Assembly (NCBI GenBank): GCA_002269645.1
Contig: NIVC01002818.1
Span: 1 to 64,000, forward strand
From: Macrostomum lignano
Taxonomy: Eukaryota
Direction of reading: 5' to 3'
DNA: 64,000 nt
This document shows, piece by piece, positions 25,680 to 38,054 of the stretch. A model generated the notes under the pieces. It made no database searches. It was not told the DNA's origin and saw nothing but the letters and a program-made list of their open reading frames with translations. Each line of letters starts with the position of its first letter. Position 1 is the stretch's first letter. A program made the translations under genes and the position numbers.

Positions 25680-26300
25680 CTAGCTAGAGCTAGACTGGGT
25701 CATGAGCTAGACTGGGTCATGAGCTAGACTGGGGTCATGAGCTAGACTGGGGTCATGAGCTAGAGTAGGGTCATGAGCTAGACTGGGGTCAGGAGCTAGA
25801 CTGGGGTCATGAGCTAAACTGGGGTCATGAGCTAGACTGGGGTCATGAGCTAGACTAGGGTCAGGAGCTAGACTGGGGTCATGAGCTAGACTGGGGTCAG
25901 GAGCTAGACTGGGGTCATGAGCTAGACTGGGGTCATGAGCCAGAGTAGGGTCATGAGCTAGACTGGGGTCATGAGCTAGACTGGGGTCATGAGCTAGACT
26001 GGGGTCATGAGCTAGACTGGGGTCAGGAGCTAGACTGAGGTCATGAGCTAGACTGGGGTCATGAGCTAGAGTAGGGTCATGAGCTAGACTGGGGTCATGA
26101 GCTAGAGTAGGGTCATGAGCTAGAGTAGGGTCATGAGCTAGACTGGGGTCATGAGCTAGACTGGGGTCATGAGCTAGAGTAGGGTCATGAGCTAGAGTAG
26201 GGTCATGAGCTAGACTGGGGTCATGAGCTAGACTGGGGTCAGGAGCTAGACTGGGGTCATAAGCTAGACTGGGGTCAGGAGCTAGACTGGGGTCATGAGC
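25680..26300. repeat. 18-bp minisatellite (GAGCTAGACTGGGGTCAT)
   Basis: Tandem units visible. Confidence 0.95.
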
Positions 26301-26550
26301 TACATTAGCTGGAACAGTGAGGCGCGGCTATTCATAGCCAAAGGCCAGCCACAGGGAAGCAAAGATGCTTGTTGCACTTCAGTTTACGCGCTGAGTCACC
26401 GCCTAAGCCGAGATGTCTATGGCCCAGGCTCCCCGATCCTGACAGGATTTCGCCTACAAGAGGGACTCAAACGCGCCCTCAGCTCAGCTGACTCACCACG
26501 AGTTCCTTCAAGCGCAACCATTTTTCAGGCAAACGCAAAACAGAACGGCG

Positions 26551-27510
26551 ATGACAGCGGCGAAAGCAGTAAGCAACCGGCAGCAGAAGCAACAGGAAAC
26601 AAGAAGATCGGTGCAGCAGGCCAGACAGCAAGCAAAAGCAGGTGTAGATCAGGTGAGGCGGGAAGCAAAAGCAGGTGTAGATCAGGTGAGGCGGGAAGCA
26701 AAAGCAGGTGTAGATCAGGTGAGGCGGGAAGCAAAAGCAGGTGTAGATCAGGTGAGGCGGGAAGCAAAAGCAGCTGTAGATCAATTGAAGTTGGAAAGTA
26801 GGGAGGCTGTGAAGCAAAAGCAGCAAGAAGGTAGGGAGGCTGTGAAGCGAAAGCAGCAAGAAGGTAGGGAGGCTGTGAAGCGAAAGCAGCAAGAAGGTAG
26901 AAAGGCTGTGAAGCGAAAGCAGCAAGAAGGTAGAAAGGCTGTGAAGCGAAAGCAGCAAGAAATTAGGGAGGCTGTGAAGCGAAAGCAGCAAGAAGGTAGG
27001 GAGGCTGTGAAGCGAAAGCAGCAAGAAGGTAGGGAGGCTGTGAAGCGAAAGCAGCAAGAAATTAGGGAGGCTGTGAAGCGAAAGCAGAGAGAATGTCGAG
27101 AAGAAGATGTGAAGCATCAAGCTGTTGAACTGACGAAGCAGCAAGCTGTGAAGCGGAAGCAGCAAGCTGTGAAGCGGAAGCAGCAAGCTGTGAAGCGGAA
27201 GCAGCAAGCTGTGGAGCGGAAGCAGCAAGCTGTGACACGGAAGCAGCAAGCTGTGAAGCGGAAGCAGCAAGCTGTGACACGGAAGCAGCAAGCTGTGAAG
27301 CGGAAGCAGCAAGCTGTGAAGCGGAAGCAGCAAGCTGTGACACGGAAGCAGCAACCTGCAAAGCAGAGGCAACGATCAAGAAGAAGAGTCAAGTGGAAGC
27401 TGCCAGCAAGAGGGGCTACGCAGCAGGGAGCAAGCAAGAGAAAGAAGCAGAGAAGCAGAGTCTGCAGGCAGCCAGAAGGTCTGTCTTCCCGGCTGAGGCG
27501 GCGCCGGTGA
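26551..27510 (+). CDS. Hypothetical K/Q/E/R-rich repeat protein (11-mer and 7-mer helical repeats); coding status uncertain
   Basis: 319-codon ORF built from 33-bp, 33-bp and 21-bp arrays, all in frame. A TTTTTCAG acceptor-like site lies at 26521-26528. Codon usage differs from the GC3-rich real exons. Confidence 0.3.
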   Translation: MTAAKAVSNRQQKQQETRRSVQQARQQAKAGVDQVRREAKAGVDQVRREAKAGVDQVRREAKAGVDQVRREAKAAVDQLKLESREAVKQKQQEGREAVKRKQQEGREAVKRKQQEGRKAVKRKQQEGRKAVKRKQQEIREAVKRKQQEGREAVKRKQQEGREAVKRKQQEIREAVKRKQRECREEDVKHQAVELTKQQAVKRKQQAVKRKQQAVKRKQQAVERKQQAVTRKQQAVKRKQQAVTRKQQAVKRKQQAVKRKQQAVTRKQQPAKQRQRSRRRVKWKLPARGATQQGASKRKKQRSRVCRQPEGLSSRLRRRR

Positions 27511-29224
27511 GACTTGGTCCGCCACATTTGTTTTATTATTTTACTTTTGTTTTAATTGCAAAAACTCAACAAAAAAACAAAAAAACAAAAACAACAAAAA
27601 ACCAAAAAAATATAAACCTAATGTTTACCAATTATATTAGATTACAGATAAAATTCATATCTAAATTTCAAATTGCATTCATTGATTTCTAGAGTAATCA
27701 TACCTTTATTTTATATTCTTACCAGTAAAAAAACTTGAATATATTACAATGCTCTGAAAACCATCTTGATTCCCATCTCGATTGCACACCTATCGCACTT
27801 TTATCTTTACTTACTAATACAGTGTAATTCACTTACAATCATAAATTTAATAGTCCAAAATTTCGTATTGTATGACTGTATTAGAAATTAACTGAAATTT
27901 CAGAATTTTTTTCAAATTCAGCACCTTACCTTTCTTTGTCTGCAATCCCCCACTCCCAGCACCCAGCCGGCTCTGCCAAGCCGCCTCAAATAATTTGTCC
28001 TTACTAAACTCTCCCTCACTTTCTCCGCCTCTCGTCATGGAGGGAAGCGGGGATCGCAGGGAAGAGCAGGCGATGCTTGATGGGGCAGAAAGCAGCCTAG
28101 CCACCTGCTGTCCGCTCCATCACGCATCCCTGAATCCCCCAGACTCCTCCTAATTGGAGAGCCCGCCCACCAGTCTACTTACCTACCTATCTACCTAAAT
28201 ACCTACCAATTTATCTACCTGCCTAAATATTTATCTACCTATTTATCTACCTTACCCTACCTGTCTGCTTTTATTTATACCGCACTTACACCAATATAAA
28301 TACAGGGCCGCAACAACTGAGCTGTTTCATCAAAGCTTTACTCTACTTAAAGTTAAGATGGCTGCTTGCAACCTTCCTCGTGTTTGGGGTTCACGAGTAA
28401 CCAACGTCCCCCACTATTGTAAAGTCTGTGATGAAATGCTTAGTTGCTGTAGTCCCGCTAAAACTACATTTTATTTGAAAATAAACAAACTATTATCAGT
28501 CCAACAGCCTCACATTCTACCACAGAAACTAATACAGTACCCACAAGTTTTTATTTTCCGGTACACACCTGGCCGAGAAACCTAGTAGACTACAACCCGG
28601 CAGCACACCCGGCGGCACACCCGGCGGCACACCCGGCGGCACACTCGGCAACACAACCAGCAGCACACGTAGAAGCGAGCTAACTAATCCAGGTATTTAC
28701 ATTCTTTCCTTCTACTAAAATACTTATCCTTTCCCACATCCCTCTACAACTAACCCATCCAACAACCAAAGCCACCTCTTCCACTTCCCTGACTTTAGTC
28801 ACTCCGAAAACTGCATAACTTCCTTATTTCCTTTCCCAGTAAAAGCCAAGCAAGCAAACTCCTGTTTCTTTTTTATCCTTACTAAAGTCTCCCTCACTAT
28901 CTCCGCCTCTCGCCATGAAGGGAAGCGGGGATCGCAGGGAAGAGCAGGCGATGCTTGATGGGGCAGAAAGCAGCCTAGCCACCTGCTGTCCGCTCCATCA
29001 CGCATCCCTGAATCCCCCAGACTCCTCCTAATTGGAGAGCCCGCCCACTAGTCTACTTACCTACCTATCTACCTAAATACCTACCAATTTATCTACCCAA
29101 CTATCTACTTTGCAAATAAACAAACTATTCTCAGTCCAACAGCCTCACATTCTACCACAGAAACTAATACAGTACCCACAAGTTTTTATTTTCCGGTACA
29201 CACCTGGCCGAGAAACCTAGTAGA

Positions 29225-29680
29225 CAACCCGGCAGCACACCCGGCGGCACACCCGGCGGCACACCAGGCGGCACACCCGGCGGCACACCCGGCGGCACAC
29301 CCGGCGGCACACCCGGCGGCACACCCGGCGGCACACCCGGCAGCACACCCTGCAGCAACACCCGGCAGCAACACCCGGCAGCACACCCGGCAGCAACACC
29401 CGGCAGCACACCCGGCAGCAACACCCGACAGCACACCCGGCAGCACACCCGGCAGCACACCCGGCAGCAACACCCGGCAGCAACACCCGGCAGCAACACC
29501 CGGCAGCAACACCCGGCAGCGCACCCGGCAGCACACCCGGCAGCAACACCCGGCAGCACACCCGGCAGCAACACCCGACAGCACACCCGGCAGCACACCC
29601 GGCAGCACACCCGGCAGCACACCCGGCAGCAACACTGGTAGCGCACTCTTCAGTACGCCTGGCAGCACACCCGGCAGCGA
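29225..29680. repeat. 12-bp minisatellite (CACCCGGCAGCA)
   Basis: Tandem units visible. Confidence 0.9.
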
Positions 29681-31074
29681 GCTAACCGAGGCTTTCCTCT
29701 CGTTCAACAGACTGAACGTTCGGTTCAGCCGAATAATTGAAACGTACCACAAACTTGAATTAATCGAGCTTCCTTTTTGGAACACCTCCCATATTTTACG
29801 ACGGTTTCTTTTTAAGAAAACTTGTGAAGATCAAACACAACGGTCAAATACAACATTGCAAACTGACTAAAATCTGGTTTAAGGAAACGATTACCTATAT
29901 TGCAATCTAGAGTGTCTCAGCTGTCTATACATATTTTAAATGAATCATAAGTGCTTGCCTTGTAATAATATAGGTACGAGCTAATTCAACACTTATACTT
30001 CAGGGTTCGGGTTAGGGTTAGAGTTAGGGTTAAGTATTTTTGTAGTATAATTCCAATGGTCTTTAATACATTGTAAAAGTGTAGAACTTTATGTATAGTG
30101 TAATAGTTTATGAGACAAAGTACAGTCAAAAACTTCAAAGTGAATGAATGGTTGAAATCAAATTGCACCTGTGCATTCTAGCTAGACCCTATCTATAAGG
30201 GGTAGTGAATTCAACAATGCCCAACAGCTTGAAGTCCCATGAACAGTGCCAGCAGAGTGGATGTCTACGAGCTACTTTATCTGTGAAAGGCTGAGCAACT
30301 ATTGAGCAATACATCCTTCCGAACTATTGGTCTGTGCGCCATCTTCCGCCTGTTTGGAGTCTGCGAGAGCCGCTGTCGAATTGTTTCTTCGCTTGGAGGC
30401 CCATCACCCGTCCTTTGCCGTCCAGACTCAACAACGAGCAAATGCTAGCAGACCTGAGCAGCATTCGTGGAAGTCGTTTAGTCGAAGATCTCAACCAAAC
30501 TGCCCATGCCAGCAACCTGCACAAAAATGCAGATCCACGCAGCCTATGCAACTGGTACACTTAACTAGACCAGAGGCTGACCTTCCACTACGAGTGCAGA
30601 GATGCAGCCCGGGCTCCTGTGCGGCAGCTGGATAAAGTGATAAATAAAGTGACAGCTAGCAGCTGTGCCAGGCGTGAGCAAGTGCTACGACAACATTAAA
30701 GTTCTCTTTCAGCATCAGAGCCTCGGAGGAGGAACAGTGACTTACGCACAATTGTCACTGACTGTCATTGAGCACTGACTCAAGCATAACTGTCTCTTCC
30801 ACTGAGTCTGGTTTTTTGGCTGGACCCACCACCTCCGAAATACCGAATATACTCGTAAAAACGAACAAATCGAAAAAATAGAACACACAAAATTACTTTG
30901 CACAAATTATAATGACTTTTATTCGATGCCCTATTGTCAGTAGAAATACAAGGAAAATACGCTAAGAAAAAAGTCTATAAAAATATGTCCAATACGAGCC
31001 ATGGTACGTGTACTGTTAAGCTAAACAAATGGTTTTTATTTGCTACACAAAACCTCTGAGGGCTGGTAGATTGA

Positions 31075-31815
31075 CATATCAGTGTGTTATCAGTGTGCCA
31101 GTCTGTGTCTTATCAGTGTGCCAGTCCGTGTCTTATCAGTGTGCCAGTTCGGGTCTTATCAGTGTGCCAGTTCGGGTCTTATCAGTGTGCCAGTCCGGGT
31201 CTTATCAGTGTGCCAGTCCGGGTCTTATCAGTGTGCCAGTCCGGGTCTTATCAGTGTGCCAGTCCAGGTCTTATCAGTGTGCCAGTCCGGGTCTTATCAG
31301 TGTGCCAGTTCGGGTCTTATCAGTGTGCCAGTCCGGGTCTTATCAGTGTGCCAGTCCGGGTCTTATCAGTGTGCCAGTTCGGGTCTTATCAGTGTGCCAG
31401 TCCGGGTCTTATCAGTGTGCCAGTCCGGGTCATCAGTGTGCCAGTCCGGGTCTTATCAGTGTGCCAGTCCGGGTCTTATCAGTGTGCCAGTCCGGGTCTT
31501 ATCAGTGTGCCAGTCCGGGTCTTATCATTGTGCCAGTCCAGGTCTTATCAGTGTGCCAGTCCGGGTCTTATCAGTGTGCCAGTCCGGGTCTTATCAGTGT
31601 GCCAGTCCAGGTCTTATCAGTGTGCCAGTCCGGGTCTTATCAGTGTGCCAGTCCGGGTCTTATCAGTGTGCCAGTTTGGGTCTTATCAGTGTGCCAGTTC
31701 GGGTCTTATCAGTGTGCCAGTTCGGGTCTTATCAGTGTGCCAGTCCGGGTCTTATCAGTGTGCCAGTTCGGGTCTTATCAGTGTGCTAGTTCGTGCCTTA
31801 TCAGTGCGCCAGTCC
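31075..31815. repeat. 23-bp minisatellite (TCTTATCAGTGTGCCAGTCCGGG)
   Basis: Abuts the stop codon of the PAN/LamG gene. Confidence 0.95.
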
Positions 31816-31823
31816 AGTGGTTT

Positions 31824-33630
31824 TCAGTCAGTCTCGGAGTTGCACAGGTTGCGAAGGCTGTCGAACTGGGACTTGCTGAGCGAGGCGTTCGCGAATCCCC
31901 AGCACTGCAGCCAGCCGCTGTAGTAGGGAGGGCTCGAGCCGAAGCAGTTGCCGATGCGGAGGCAGTCGTAGTACTGGCCGGAGACAGGAATTGCGCCAGT
32001 TCTGTACGGCGCGTCAGTGTTGTACAGGCTTCCGTTCATGTACCACTTGTTCACGTAGTTCAGGGCGGCTCCATCAAAGCTCACTCCCACCGAGTTGCGT
32101 CTCTGGGTGCCATCAATCGGAATGACACTATCCGAGTTGACGTAAGCATATGCGCTGGAGCCGTCCACAAAGTAGTTGATGGAGTAAATACCGCCATTGT
32201 TGTTGGCGCTCCAGTAGCTGACTCTCAGGCTCGAGCTGCAGCTGCTGAACGAGCTCAAGCAGCTCCCCCTGCATTGGGAGATGCGAATTTGGTTGAAACG
32301 AGTGCTCAAACTCGAACGACAAAAACAGCTGGCAATTCTTACGTGCCGTTGACAGCAAAAGTTCCTTGAAAGAAGAGACTGAAACTTTTTCCGGCTTTGA
32401 AATTCTCAAAATAGTTGGATGTGTTAATCTTGATGTAGGAGCCGGAAGTGCCGCTGAGACGAGCTCCGTTGACTGAGTTCTGCTCCGCCATACCGAATGG
32501 AGTCGCTGGGAAGCTCGTTGGGTCAGCCAGGTTTGTGTAGCCCTTCTTGAAGTCGTACCAGAGCAGCAGGCTTGAAGAGAAGCTCAGAGCCGCAATGCCA
32601 GATGGAGTTGCAGGCGTGGAGACGGAATCGGTGGTAGGAGGTTCAGTGCCGGCAGCTGGCGTTGGAGCAGCTGAGAAATGGCAAAGAGTTGGCTTTTGTC
32701 AACTCCAGCATCCAAAATTCGAAGTTCTAAGGACTATGCTACCAGTATCCGATATCTGAAGTCTAAGTAATAAGCTACCAGTATCTAATATCCGAAGGTC
32801 CAAGGACTAAGCTACCAGCTAGTATCCAATATCCGAAGGTCTAAGGACAAAGCTACCAGTATCCAACATCCGAAGGTCTAAGGACTAAGCTATTGATACT
32901 AGTATCCAATATCCGAAGGTCTAAGGACTAAGCTACCAGTATCTAACATCCGAAGGTCTAAGGACTAAGCTATTGATACTAGTATCCAATATCCGAAGGT
33001 CTAAGGACTAAGCTACCAGTATCCAACATCCGAAGGTCTAAGGACTAAGCTACCAGTATCCAACATCCGAAGGTCTAAGGACTAAGCTATTGATACTAGT
33101 ATCCAATATCCGAAGGTCTAAGGACTTAGCTACCAGTATCCAATATCCGAAGGTCTAAGGACTTAGCTACCAGTATCCAATATCCGAAGGTCTAAGGACT
33201 TAGCTACCAGTATCCAATATCCGAAGGTCTAAGGACTTAGCTACCAGTATCCAATATCCGAAGGTCTAAGGACAAAGCTACCAGTTTCCAACATCTGAAG
33301 CTCTCAGTTCTCACTGGGTGCAGCCGAAATCTTCCGTCGTGCGATCATTCCGGGCTCGCAATGTCCCGCTGATGGCGTTTCTTCAGGCAGGCTGTAGCAG
33401 GCCCTGCTTTCCGTCAGGTACACAGACAGCTGGCAAGTGGGGTTCAGGGTGCAGCGGAGCAAGCACTCGGTCTCCACGGCAGCAGTCGCAGATGCCAGCT
33501 CAGGCAGCGCAGAGGGGCAGCTGCCGTCAGCCAGCTCATACACTGCAGAACACTGTTGGCAAGCCGACGCTGCATGACACAGAGGCAAAATTATGCCAAT
33601 TATTGTAGCAGAAAATTTTATAATCATCAT
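31824..33630 (-). CDS. Secreted PAN/apple domain + Pro/Thr linker + LamG/pentraxin-like (ConA-fold) protein; exons 33630-33315, 32670-32343, 32268-31824
   Basis: Hydrophobic N-terminus; PAN-like ECLLRCTLNPTC...RACY; phase-compatible GT-AG introns (phase 1, phase 2; the second is 74 bp). C-terminal LLWYDF, SGSYIKI, SVGVSFDG, WYMNGSL, LRIG, YSGWLQ pattern resembles LamG_3/pentraxin. Confidence 0.75.
32750..33300. repeat. ~37-bp minisatellite (CCAGTATCCAATATCCGAAGGTCTAAGGACTAAGCTA)
   Basis: Fills intron 1 of the PAN/LamG gene. Confidence 0.9.
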
Positions 33631-34449
33631 TAAGGCTTTGGTTGTTGAGTTTCTCGCGGAGTTGCTGCAGTTTCTTACGGCGGATGCTGCCAGAGACTGC
33701 CTTATATCCTGATTCTAGCAGCCAATGAGAGCTAAGGCGGCGGAAGAACAGAGCAATGTCGAGCTTATCAAGTTTCATGTCATGTCTTCGATGATAAGAA
33801 ATCAAGCTTGTGAAAGCCACCCCGCTGTACACCCTGAGTGAGCGTGTGCCTGCGCATTTGTCTGTGTGTGCTTAACTGCCTCCTCGCTGGCTGCATTTTC
33901 TGCAGTTTACAAAAGCAGCAAGCTGACTGCGGCTCTGTAGCTTGCTTTTTTTCACTAAATGTATTTAAATATTCCTGTGTGAACAACTGAACAGCCTCGC
34001 TGAGTGCGGTCAGAATCGGTCACAATGGTCTCAGTATGCACAACTTAAGCAGAAGGAAGCTGCACTCGATTTTCTGAGAAATGAGCCGGACACAGATTTG
34101 TCGTATCTCGAGCGCAGTCCGTATGTCCTGGCCTGGGCTGCGGACCCTCCGCAGCAGGCCCAGTATGCGTTCTCCCACTGACTAAGCAGCACCGATTGCT
34201 CCCCTCACTGACTCACCCGAGTCACCCCCACTGCACGCTCCCCATTGCTTCATGCTACATATCTCCTGTACGTTTGTGTTCGTGCCACAGCACGCCTATA
34301 CGGTTCGGGCCCCAGAGCCCAGAAATATAACGGTAAACACGACCCCCTCAGTCTCTCCACTTTTGTACTGACTGCCTGCCTGCTCACGGGATCCGCTCCC
34401 AGGCAGAGCCTTGAACTAAACTCCAAGACTCACTCTCAAGTCATTACAC

Positions 34450-35420
34450 CGAATCTCTCGGATTCGTCTGTGGCAAAACCCCATACAGTGCAATCCGTTC
34501 TCTCGAGAGTCACTGGGAAGACATTTATAATTTCGTATGAGGTGTAGTTCAGCCATCACACCTTTGCATCACACCGGGCCGGACCTGCATGCCAGACAGA
34601 CTGCTCCGGTGAGTCTCCCATCCGGGATATGGAGAGCAGACTCAATGGCAGCTGCAGACAAGCAAGCGTGGCAGACAGGCTGCTGTAAAATTGTTTTACT
34701 GCAAATTTACCGTGACGATTTTGAGCCCAAAGCCAATATTTGGCTCTGTGTATCTTGTAACTAAGGGTGTAACTAAGGGCGCTGTTGAGGAGCTGCGACG
34801 GGAGAAAAAAATTGCTCAACTGAAACGTAGCCCGCCTCAGCGCTTCTATAGCAAGCAGAAGCTCAGTGGGGAATGGAAATGTTTCGTGTAAGATGTTAAG
34901 CAGTTTTTTTGAGAAGCCGACTTGAATCACCTGCCTTCTCCACTTGGGAGCACCCACAGTCTCAGGAGTTCTCAAGTATACTCTTGATGACTGAGACAGC
35001 GAGCGATAAGATAGGGTTATAAGCTAGACTAGAGTCAAGACAAGAAATGAGATAATGCTATACTCGGCAACATCAAAAAGTTGCCATCACAGAAAATTCC
35101 GTCTGTGGTCGCCACTTTTGAGAGCGCAGGTATAAAGTCTCTCAATCTTTTCCAGCGACGCAACTCAGCTACGCCGTGGCAGACAGGAGTTGAGGAATGA
35201 AGTGGGGGAGCGATATGCGAAGATTGGACGGATTAAAGCTACAGCGATCAGTTTTCTTACATATTTTATTTTAGAATAGTCCAAGACAAATTGCTCACTG
35301 GCGCATATAAAGTGGCGACTGTCCGATGTCGCTGAGTATATTAGCTGAGGCAGTAGTGCTGAATTGTAGAAGTGAGAAGAAAGGTGCTCCTTGAGAGCTT
35401 GGCTGACTCTATTCATTAGT
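34450..35420 (-). mobile_element. Decayed non-LTR retrotransposon (LINE) ORF2 C-terminal fragment
   Basis: LIRPIFAYRSP...LEKIERLYTCALK resembles the post-RT LIRPILEYASPVW...LERVQRRATK motif of CR1/L2-like LINEs; contains stops and frameshifts. Confidence 0.4.
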
Positions 35421-35599
35421 TTGCAAAGAGATGGTGGATGCAGAAAAAGCGCGCATGGGGTGGTGGGGTTGAATTCAAGTTCAATTCAAGTGCTGCGGTA
35501 GGCCATCAGCAGTCGGTGGAGTTGCTCATTGGAGTGGCCCGCGCTTACTCAGATGCCGCTTCAGCACCTGGGCAAAGCGCTCCGCCTGGGGTCTACGAC

Positions 35600-37745
35600 A
35601 ATTGACTGCCACAATTTGACTGCGGTCAATTTGACTGCCGAGCAATTTGACTGCCGACAAAATGACTGCGAACAAAATGACTGCGGACAAAATGACTGCC
35701 GACAAAATGACTGCGAACAAAATGACTGCGGACAAAATGACTGCGGACAAAATGACTGCCGACAATTTGACTGCGGACAAAATGACTGCCGACAAAATGA
35801 CTGCGAACAAAATGACTGCGGACAAAATGACTGCGGACAAAATGACTGCCGACAATTTGACTGCGGACAAAATGACTGCCGACAAAATGACTGCGAACAA
35901 AATGACTGCGGACAAAATGACTGCGGACAAAATGACTGCGGACAAAATGACTGCCGACAATTTGACTGCGGACAAAATGACTGCCGACAAAATGACTGCC
36001 AACAAAATGACTGCCGACAAAATGACTGCGGCAATTTGACTGCCGAGCAATTTGACTGCCACCGAAATGACTGCCGGAAAAATGATGCTCCTAAAGTTTA
36101 GCACTCTGTCAACCCTTTTAAGTCTATGCATGTAGTGAAATATTGTATTTACGAGCTAGAATGATGCAGAACAGAACATAACCTTTATACAACAAGCTGT
36201 AACAGCTGTTGAAACCCGCGGATTTTGAACAGTGGGAAATGGGAACTCCAATCTTAGGAACTATTTTGCATATATTCTAAAATCTGAAGTTAAACTCAAG
36301 CAAAAACTTTTATTATTAGAGTTAAACATAACATAGATTACATTCGTGTAAAATTAGGATTGGAGGCAAACTATTGATATTGTTGGCTGGGGTGCGGCGC
36401 AGAATGTCAGAAAAACTCTGGCCTCTACTTCTGCCTCTCGATCCCTATGTTCCTTGCATCCTTTGAACCTTCTATCTTCTCTTCTGTTTTCTCACTTCTC
36501 TCTCGTCTCTTCTCTCTCGTCTCCCCTCTCTCATCTGTCATCTTTACTCTCTTATACTGGTATGTTCTCTCACCTCTCTCCTCTGTACTCTTCTCTTTCC
36601 CCTCTTTTGACTCCTCTCTTTCCTTTCTCCTTTCTTGCCTTTTCTTTTCTTCTCTTCTTTCTTCTATACTCTCTCCCTCTCTTGTCTTTTCTCTTCTCTC
36701 TCTGCGCTCTCCTCTCTCCTCTCATATATCGTGTTCACTCTCTGACTCTCATCTTTGCTCTCTCATCCCCCTCTCATCTTTACTCTTCACTCCTGTGTAC
36801 CTGTCACTTCACTCTTTCCCCTCTTCTGACTCCTCTCTTTCCTTAGTCCTCTTCTTTTCCCTCTTCTATACTCTCTCCCCTTTATTCACTTCTCTCGTCT
36901 CTCTGCACTCTGCTCTCTCCGCCTTCATCTCTCATCTCTCATCTCTCCTTTCATCTCTCTTATCTCTACAATCTCTCCTTTCCCCTGTCTTCTTTTTCAA
37001 CTTCTCTCTCATCTCTCTCTCTTCTTTTTTTATAATTTTTTAAATTTATGCATCATGTTGGCAAGGCGAGTTTTTCACATCAGCCGATAATTTTTATCAA
37101 TAAACGCAGATCAAAGCCGAAACTGGGGAGGGGTAGAGAGAATCGGGGAGGGGATGAGGGAATCTGGGAAGGGAAGGGGGAATCGGAGAGGGGAAGAGGG
37201 AATCGGGGAAAAGAAGAGGGAATTGGGAAGGGGAAAAGGGAATTGGGGAGGAGAAAGGGAATTGGGGAGGAGAAAGGGAATTGGGGAGGGGAAAAGGGAA
37301 TTGGGGAGGAGAAAGGGAATTGGGGAGGAGAAAGGGAATTGGGGAGGGGAAAGGGAATTGGGGAGGGGAAAGGGAATTGGGGAGGGGAAAGGGAATCGGG
37401 GAAGGGAAGGGGGAATCGGGGAGGGGAAGGGGGAATTAGGGAAAAGAATAGGGAATTGGGAAGGGAAAAGGGAATCGGGGAGGGGATGAGGGAATTGGGG
37501 AAAAGAAGAGGGAATTGGGAAGGGGAAAAGGGAATTGGGGAGGAGAAAGGGAATTGGGGAGGGGAAAGGGAATCGGGGAAGGGAAGGGGGAATCGGGGAG
37601 GGGAAGGGGGAATTAGGGAAAAGAATAGGGAATTGGGAAGGGAAAAGGGAATCGGGGAGGGGATGAGGGAATTGGGGAAAAGAAGAGGGAATTGGGGAGG
37701 GGAAAAGGGAATCGGGGAGGGGAAGAGGGAATCGGGAGGGGAGAG
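35600..37745. repeat. 15-bp array (GACTGCCGACAAAAT, 35600-36075), CT-rich low complexity (36440-37030) and GA-rich ~20-bp array (37125-37745)
   Basis: Tandem and low-complexity sequence visible. Confidence 0.85.
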
Positions 37746-38054
37746 AAATAATCGCGAAGAGAATAAAAGCCGTCGTTTCTAAAACGCAAGCAGTGACTCA
37801 GTTTACAGATAAAGTATTTTATCGGCAAATTTTAATTGCTGGGAGTCCTCAAGCCTTCGTCAGTTAAGAATTTGTTATTCGAAGAACAAGCCAACAAAGT
37901 GAAAGCAGATTTACAGGTGCTGCAGATTTTTAGCACAGTTTACAAAGCGCAATACAAGCAAAATCAGTTTGCTTCCTATGAAAATGCGAAAGACAGGAAC
38001 TCCAAAACACCGATTGAGTCTGGCAAACCCGATTGATGAAGAATGAAGCTGTGA

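Noticed and set aside
33640-33832. Coding-looking minus-strand stretch upstream of the PAN gene (weak piggyBac C-terminus resemblance)
   Set aside because: Too short, with no TIR/TTAA boundaries and no convincing motif.
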